DNA from: Candidatus Parcubacteria bacterium
Lineage (GTDB): Bacteria; Patescibacteriota; Minisyncoccia; Phycocordibacterales; UBA918
Length of the DNA stretch: 64,000 nt
Reading direction: 5' to 3'
Assembly: GCA_021731405.1 (NCBI GenBank)
Contig: JAKFXN010000002.1
Location: 3,151-67,150 of the forward strand
Each line of letters opens with the position of its first letter. The stretch's first letter is position 1. Made by a program: the position numbers and the translations under genes. Of the stretch, positions 58,973 through 64,000 are shown one piece after another. The notes under the pieces are model-generated. The model was not told the origin of the DNA. It worked only from the letters and a program-made list of their open reading frames with translations, and made no database searches.

Positions 58973-59296
58973 ATGAAAGTGCATAACCTGCGAAAAGCAG
59001 CGGTTTTGGTTGTGATTTATGGCAACGGACGGGCTGGTATCGTTAAGATGGTGATGAGAGATACCCCCGAAGAATTGTTTGGTCCAGCTTTCATGAAAGG
59101 TCCAGACGGCAAGGATATTTATATGACCGTGCTGGGGGAAATTTTTGTGGCAGATCTGGGTGCTTCAAATGCAGAAAACCTCATCTGTGTAGACCATGCG
59201 CCAGTTTCCAAGAATTGGATTGGAGCAGATGGAGTGAGCTATCGATTGGTGGCGTGTGACTATCGGTACCGACCACCCGAGCGCCAGTCGCGTTAA
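58973..59296 (+). CDS. hypothetical protein (108 aa)
   Basis: The ORF-track start at 58937 lies inside the rseP terminator hairpin, so the ATG at 58973 (MKVHNLRK...) is preferred. No family recognised. Confidence 0.35.
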   Translation: MKVHNLRKAAVLVVIYGNGRAGIVKMVMRDTPEELFGPAFMKGPDGKDIYMTVLGEIFVADLGASNAENLICVDHAPVSKNWIGADGVSYRLVACDYRYRPPERQSR

Positions 59297-59324
59297 ATTT
59301 GACCAATGTTACAAGAACCTCATA

Positions 59325-59352
59325 AACAGGCCTGCGGGCCTGTTTTCTTTTG
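59325..59352 (+). terminator. rho-independent terminator
   Basis: CAGGCCTGC-ggg-... GCCTGTTTTCTTTT hairpin followed by a T-run. Confidence 0.55.
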
Positions 59353-59378
59353 ACCCTTACAACTTTTGACGCTACAAT
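59350..59378 (+). promoter_or_regulatory. sigma70-like promoter for proS
   Basis: TTGACC (59350-59355), 17-nt spacer, TACAAT (59373-59378), 65 nt upstream of the proS ATG. Confidence 0.5.
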
Positions 59379-59442
59379 GAAAACATTATTTCCTTGGGGA
59401 GTTTAGTTTTAGCACTCGTTTCAATTTCAGAGATTCATCAAT

Positions 59443-60708
59443 ATGCGTCAATCAAACTTATTTACAAAGACACGAAAAGAAGCTCCGGCTGATGAGGTGG
59501 CAAAAAATGCCCAACTTCTTATCCGTGCTGGATACATTTATAAAAACATGGCCGGTGCGTATACCTTTTTGCCGCTCGGTTTGCGGGTGATTGAGAAGAT
59601 TAACGCCATCATCCGAGAAGAGATGAATGCTATTGGCGGACAAGAAATGGTTATGCCGTCACTACAGGACAGTGCGCTCTGGGAAGCATCAGACCGCTGG
59701 AGTGATGAGAATGTTGATGTCTGGTTTAAGAGTGAGCTCAAGGCAGGTGGAGTGGTCGGGTTTGGTTGGACACACGAAGAAGTCATCACCGACCTAATGC
59801 GTCAGTTTATTTCTTCATACAAAGACCTACCAAAGTTCCCATACCAAATTCAGAAGAAGTTCCGAAACGAAATGCGTGCCAAAAGCGGTATTATGCGCAC
59901 TCGGGAGTTTGATATGAAAGACCTGTATTCTTTCTCAGCTACGCAAGAGCAGCACGACGCTTTTTATAACGCGTGTAGTGAGGCCTACATGAAGATTTTT
60001 AATCGTCTTGGGATTGGCTCTCAAACCTACAAAACGTTTGCTTCAGGCGGCGCCTTTTCAAAGTTTAGCCACGAGTTCCAAACACTGGCTGAAGCCGGTG
60101 AAGATGTGGTGTATGTTAATGAAGCCAAGGGTGTGGCAGTAAATGAAGAAGTGGTAAAAGAAGCTGACCTGTCTGAACTTGGAGTAAGTGAGTCTGAGCT
60201 CACTAAAAGAAAAAGTATTGAAGTTGGAAACATCTTTTCTTTGGGGACTAAGTTTTCCGAAGCTCTCGACTTGCACTTTACCGATGAGGACGGGATTGAA
60301 AAACCAGTTATCATGGGCTCATATGGTATCGGACCAGCCCGTTCAATGGGTACTATTGTTGATTTGCTTTCAGACGAAAAGGGAATTGTGTGGCCAGAGA
60401 GTGTGGCGCCATTTAAGGTCCACTTAGTAGGACTCAACCTTGAAGATGCTGCTACTCGTGACTGGGTAGATGGTATTTACGCTAGTCTGCAGGAAAACGG
60501 TATCGATGTGTTATATGACGACCGAGAAGCACGGGCTGGAGAAAAGTTTGCCGATAGTGACTTGATTGGTATTCCGTATCGGGTAGTAGCGAGTAAAAAG
60601 GCTAAAGAAGAGGGTACTTTTGAAGTGGTGAAACGGGCAAATGGTGAAGTTCGCCGTCTCACAGAGCAAGAATTGTACGGTGATTTTGATAGTAACGAGG
60701 ATACGTAG
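59443..60708 (+). CDS. proS: prolyl-tRNA synthetase (short form lacking the INS editing domain)
   Basis: Class II motifs. The C-terminal anticodon-binding domain GIPYRVVASKKAKEEG is typical of ProS. 421 aa. Confidence 0.85.
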   Translation: MRQSNLFTKTRKEAPADEVAKNAQLLIRAGYIYKNMAGAYTFLPLGLRVIEKINAIIREEMNAIGGQEMVMPSLQDSALWEASDRWSDENVDVWFKSELKAGGVVGFGWTHEEVITDLMRQFISSYKDLPKFPYQIQKKFRNEMRAKSGIMRTREFDMKDLYSFSATQEQHDAFYNACSEAYMKIFNRLGIGSQTYKTFASGGAFSKFSHEFQTLAEAGEDVVYVNEAKGVAVNEEVVKEADLSELGVSESELTKRKSIEVGNIFSLGTKFSEALDLHFTDEDGIEKPVIMGSYGIGPARSMGTIVDLLSDEKGIVWPESVAPFKVHLVGLNLEDAATRDWVDGIYASLQENGIDVLYDDREARAGEKFADSDLIGIPYRVVASKKAKEEGTFEVVKRANGEVRRLTEQELYGDFDSNEDT

Positions 60709-60714
60709 TACAAT

Positions 60715-61797
60715 TTGCGTTCAATGAGTTTTGTTTCTGCTTACTTAAATAAAGTATTATCAGCCGTATCAACTGATATTGCTATTGATCTTGGTACTGC
60801 CAATACGCTGGTGTATGTAAAAGGAAAGGGAATTGTCCTTAATGAACCTACTATTGTAGCTATCAATAAAAAGACTGGGCAACTTGTGGCGGTAGGGCAG
60901 GAGGCAAAGACGATGCAAGGTCGTACTCCTCAGCATATCGAGGTGGTTCGTCCACTCGTAGATGGAGTCATTTCAGACTTTGAAGTGACTGAAGAGATGC
61001 TTGCGTATCTCATAAACAAAGTGCACGGTGATATGCGTACATTTGTGGCGCCACGAATACTGATTGGCGTACCGTCAGGTATTACCAATGTTGAGATGCG
61101 TGCAGCTCGCGACGCCGCCAAAAACGCCGGAGCTCGTGATGTTTTTTTAATTGAAGAACCAATGGCAGCAGCTATTGGAGCGAAGCTACCAATCGGAAAA
61201 GCGGTTGGCAACATGATTATTGATATTGGCGGCGGTACTACTGACATAGCAGTCATTTCACTCTCTGGTATTGTCGTGGCCAAAAACCTACGCGTAGCTG
61301 GGGATCATCTCAATGCCTCAATCACTTCTTATGTGCGTGACCAGTTTAAAATCTATGTCGGAGAAAAAACAGCCGAAGAAGCAAAAATAGCTTTAGCCTC
61401 GGCCAAACAAGAGAGCAGTGGTAACGAAATGGTGATTCGTGGTCGAGATGTGATGACTGGGTTACCGCGAGAAGTAATTATTACTGCTCGCGATATTCAC
61501 GACGCAATTGCTAATCAGGTAGATATCATTGTGGAAGCAACACGCGCGGTGCTTGAAAAAACTCCTCCAGAAGTCATGTCAGATATTATGCAGCGTGGCG
61601 TACATCTCTCTGGAGGGGGCGCATTAATTCCCGGCCTAGCTTCATTCCTTGAAGAGAGCCTGCAGGTACCCGTGATTGTGGTCCCAGATCCACTTCGTGC
61701 TGTAGTTCGAGGAGCGGGAATCGTAATTGAAAATCTAGATTTATATGAAGAGGTACTCATCGACAACGAAGGCGAACTATCACCACACCTCGCGTAA
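60715..61797 (+). CDS. mreB: rod shape-determining protein MreB (paralog 2)
   Basis: IAIDLGTANT and DIGGGTTD actin-fold motifs. Immediately upstream of mreC-mreD-mrdA. Confidence 0.9.
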   Translation: MRSMSFVSAYLNKVLSAVSTDIAIDLGTANTLVYVKGKGIVLNEPTIVAINKKTGQLVAVGQEAKTMQGRTPQHIEVVRPLVDGVISDFEVTEEMLAYLINKVHGDMRTFVAPRILIGVPSGITNVEMRAARDAAKNAGARDVFLIEEPMAAAIGAKLPIGKAVGNMIIDIGGGTTDIAVISLSGIVVAKNLRVAGDHLNASITSYVRDQFKIYVGEKTAEEAKIALASAKQESSGNEMVIRGRDVMTGLPREVIITARDIHDAIANQVDIIVEATRAVLEKTPPEVMSDIMQRGVHLSGGGALIPGLASFLEESLQVPVIVVPDPLRAVVRGAGIVIENLDLYEEVLIDNEGELSPHLA

Positions 61798-62728
61798 GTC
61801 GCAACGACTTTGGCTTGGTGTTGCAGCAATAATTATTGTTATTGGGCTCTTATTCCCGTGGTTTATTTCGGTGGTATCTTCTGTTGTTTTGTACCCATTT
61901 CATGCGACGTCCACTTGGATAAAAACTTCAGATGGGATGTTTCCTCTCTATCTCCGTTCTCGTTCTGAGCTGGTGCGTGAAGTAGAAACGTTACGAACGG
62001 AACTTGCGACTACTGCCGGCACTCAGCTTTCTATTCGCCGCTTGATGGAAGAAAATATTCAGTTACGAGGTATGGCAAACGCCGCTTCAAGTGATGATGA
62101 TACAAGGCTTGTGGCACGCGTTCTTGCTCGTCCAGGGCTTCTCTCATATGACTTGCTACAAATTGACCGGGGAAGTAGAGACGGGGTCAAGGTTGGGGCA
62201 CCTGTCTACACCGGAGTTGACTCAGTATTAGGTATTGTGGTGCAGGTCTATGAGACCTACGCCTTTGTCGATTTGTTTACTTCTCCTGGCTTCGAGTCCA
62301 CTGCGTTTATTTTTGGTCCTAATGTCTTTTCACCTATCGAGGGTATTGGAGGCGGTGTAGCTCGAGTACGGCTTCCACAAGGGGTGTCTATTCGTGAAGG
62401 ACAGTTAGTTATTTTGCCGGGCGTCTCAAGTGGCGTGTATGGTGAAATTGCTCGGGTTGAAAATGAGCCAACTCAGCCAGAGCAGTACGGATACATTACA
62501 CCACCACTTGCAATCAATAATTTACTGTACGTGTCTGTTGGTCAAAATCCCGTTGAGGAAAGAAGCAATACCGAGATTGATGAAGCTTTGCGTGCTATGT
62601 TGCGCGAGTCTATGCGCCTCAGTACTACGAGCGTGATGTTACTCACTGCCTCAAGTACAGAGCCCTTTGAGCCCGAGATAGAAAATGAGACAACGGCTTC
62701 TTCTTCGTCTGAAACTGAAGTTCAATAA
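61745..62728 (+). CDS. mreC: rod shape-determining protein MreC
   Basis: N-terminal TM helix, coiled coil (LRTELATTAG...NIQLRG), then a beta-rich region (GSRDGVKVGAPV). The true start may be downstream of 61745, which overlaps mreB by 53 nt. Confidence 0.7.
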   Translation: MKRYSSTTKANYHHTSRKSQRLWLGVAAIIIVIGLLFPWFISVVSSVVLYPFHATSTWIKTSDGMFPLYLRSRSELVREVETLRTELATTAGTQLSIRRLMEENIQLRGMANAASSDDDTRLVARVLARPGLLSYDLLQIDRGSRDGVKVGAPVYTGVDSVLGIVVQVYETYAFVDLFTSPGFESTAFIFGPNVFSPIEGIGGGVARVRLPQGVSIREGQLVILPGVSSGVYGEIARVENEPTQPEQYGYITPPLAINNLLYVSVGQNPVEERSNTEIDEALRAMLRESMRLSTTSVMLLTASSTEPFEPEIENETTASSSSETEVQ

Positions 62729-62729
62729 C

Positions 62730-63002
62730 ATGAAACAAGTTATTCAATTTTTTCTTATTTTTACTATCATCTGGTCGTGTACCGCGGGACTCTTTGCAGT
62801 CGCTATCCCGCTTGCGCTCGGATACATTTTCTATTTCAGAGGATTCGAGCTTATTTTTGTTGCGATTTTGATTGATGGCTACTACCAAGCGTTTTATTCT
62901 TTTCCAATCTTAAGTATTGGTACTATCATTGCGGTCTTTTTGATCGATTTTATCAAGCCTCAGTTATTGATGTATACTGGTCATAATGAGATGGTTTCGT
63001 AA
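62730..63002 (+). CDS. mreD: MreD-like small membrane protein
   Basis: 90-aa hydrophobic protein, contiguous with the mreC stop and directly upstream of mrdA. The ORF-track start at 62685 is in frame but upstream. Confidence 0.45.
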   Translation: MKQVIQFFLIFTIIWSCTAGLFAVAIPLALGYIFYFRGFELIFVAILIDGYYQAFYSFPILSIGTIIAVFLIDFIKPQLLMYTGHNEMVS

Positions 63003-64000
63003 AAAATACCGACCCACTGTTGAGCTTGATGAAGTACTTTTGGATTCTTCAAATATTCCCGCGTTCAACCAAGCCCGGTTGGAAGGAAAGCGCGAACTAC
63101 CAATCCCAGCTCGGACAGTGGTTTTAGTAGGAAGTTTTTCTATACTACTAGCAGTAGTATTTTTTGGTAAGATTTTTTCCCTTCAGGTTAGTGAAGGGGC
63201 ACATTACCGTGAGATATCAGAAAGCAATAGCGTAGATAAGGCAGTCATTATTGCTGAACGGGGAGTTATCTATGACCGAAATGGTGAGCTCATAGTCTGG
63301 AATGAAGTTGATGAACGGAAGATCCATGATTTTCCTATTCGTGCTTATACCGACCGCTTAGGGCTTGGGCAAGTACTGGGCTATGTGAGTTATCCAAAAA
63401 AAGATAGTCGAGGATTTTATTTTAGAACAGAGTATTTAGGAAGAAACGGAGTTGAGGCCGCGTATGATGAAACACTTCGCGGTACAAACGGAAGTAAGAT
63501 TGTGGTGGTTGATGCACATCAAGACACGGTGGGTGAGCATGCCATCTCCAGTGCAGTGGAGGGCGGTGCTATCACACTCTCAATCGATGCTGGTTTGTCT
63601 GAAGCTATGTACCAGATTATCTCCACCTCGACGGTTGAGGCCGGTTTCCGTAGTGGAGCAGGAGCAATTATGGACATCTACACGGGCGAACTCATCGCTA
63701 TGACCAGTTTCCCATCTTATGATCCTGAAGTGATGGCTGATGGACATGAAGTAGATACTATTGAGTCGTACAACGTTGATGACCGGTTGCCATTTTTAAA
63801 TAAAGTAATAAGTGGTGCCTATACCCCAGGATCTATCGTAAAACCATTTGTGGCGTATGGAGCGTTGGCAGAAGACATCATTGATCCCATGAAGCAGATT
63901 GTCAGTACTGGAGAGATAGTGATTCCAAACCCATACAATCCAAGTAACCCTTCACGCTTTACCGACTGGCGCGCACACGGCGTCATGACCATGCGCGAAG
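62986..64000 (+). CDS. mrdA: penicillin-binding protein 2 (peptidoglycan D,D-transpeptidase), N-terminal 338 codons; continues past the window end
   Basis: Hand-translated open frame from the ATG at 62986 to the window end, with no stop. MRWFRKKYRPTVELD..., FPIRAYTDRLGLGQVLGYV, GAGAIMDIYTGELIAMTSFPSYDP, and PGSIVKP (the SxxK region). Absent from the ORF track because it is unterminated. Confidence 0.8.
   Translation, partial: MRWFRKKYRPTVELDEVLLDSSNIPAFNQARLEGKRELPIPARTVVLVGSFSILLAVVFFGKIFSLQVSEGAHYREISESNSVDKAVIIAERGVIYDRNGELIVWNEVDERKIHDFPIRAYTDRLGLGQVLGYVSYPKKDSRGFYFRTEYLGRNGVEAAYDETLRGTNGSKIVVVDAHQDTVGEHAISSAVEGGAITLSIDAGLSEAMYQIISTSTVEAGFRSGAGAIMDIYTGELIAMTSFPSYDPEVMADGHEVDTIESYNVDDRLPFLNKVISGAYTPGSIVKPFVAYGALAEDIIDPMKQIVSTGEIVIPNPYNPSNPSRFTDWRAHGVMTMRE

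Noticed and set aside
59379-59442. T-box or other riboswitch ahead of proS
   Set aside because: The leader is only about 65 nt between the candidate -10 and the ATG, which is too short for a T-box. No specifier or antiterminator pattern was seen.

Overview
This 64-kb window looks like a chromosomal segment from a small-genome bacterium, possibly a Patescibacteria/CPR-like episymbiont, though that assignment is only an inference from gene content and short protein lengths. It is densely coding, with roughly 65 CDS, one tRNA-Asn(GTT) and no rRNA, CRISPR, transposase or integrase.

Housekeeping genes recognised from sequence motifs:
- uppP, a DEDD-type 3'-5' exonuclease, hisS, prmC, class I fba, and rpmG (found by hand on the minus strand).
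- A complete F1Fo ATP synthase operon, atpBEFHAGDC.
- ung, fpg, def-fmt-priA, murA, two mreB paralogs, mreC-mreD-mrdA (mrdA truncated at the window end), holB-like, frr, rseP, proS, hpf, and a DEAD-box helicase.

An alpha-glucan (glycogen) cluster is present: a GT-B glycosyltransferase, a GH57 enzyme, a Lys-rich unknown, and a GH15 glucoamylase.

Accessory or unusual content, in order of interest:
1. Two tandem paralogous giant secreted multidomain proteins (1256 and 1600 aa). Each has a signal peptide, Pro-Thr linkers encoded by perfect hexanucleotide repeats, Ig-like, SH3b and LamG modules, and a C-terminal peptidoglycan-binding domain. The second copy carries an extra beta-helix module.
2. 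A translationally coupled ApbE flavin-transferase and FMN-binding-protein pair, divergent from a membrane protein that fuses an RnfD/NqrB-like transmembrane half to an FNR-type FAD/NAD reductase. This looks like an extracytosolic flavinylation redox module.
3. A tightly packed four-gene cluster: a 920-aa FtsK/HerA/VirB4-like P-loop ATPase, a 1173-aa LysM-containing membrane protein, a small acidic protein, and a Pro/Ala-rich protein. It may be a type-IV-secretion-like or other envelope apparatus.
4. MurA with an N-terminal XRE-type HTH fusion.
5. ATP synthase oddities: an 83-aa epsilon, a 126-aa delta, an inserted membrane ORF between atpG and atpD, and strong inverted repeats inside the operon.
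6. An RGG/Ser-rich N-terminal extension on the DEAD-box helicase.
7. A tRNA-Asn locus with a bidirectional terminator and an unexplained ~330-nt terminator-bounded non-coding stretch.

All calls rest on reading motifs in the supplied translations and sequence; no database searches were run.
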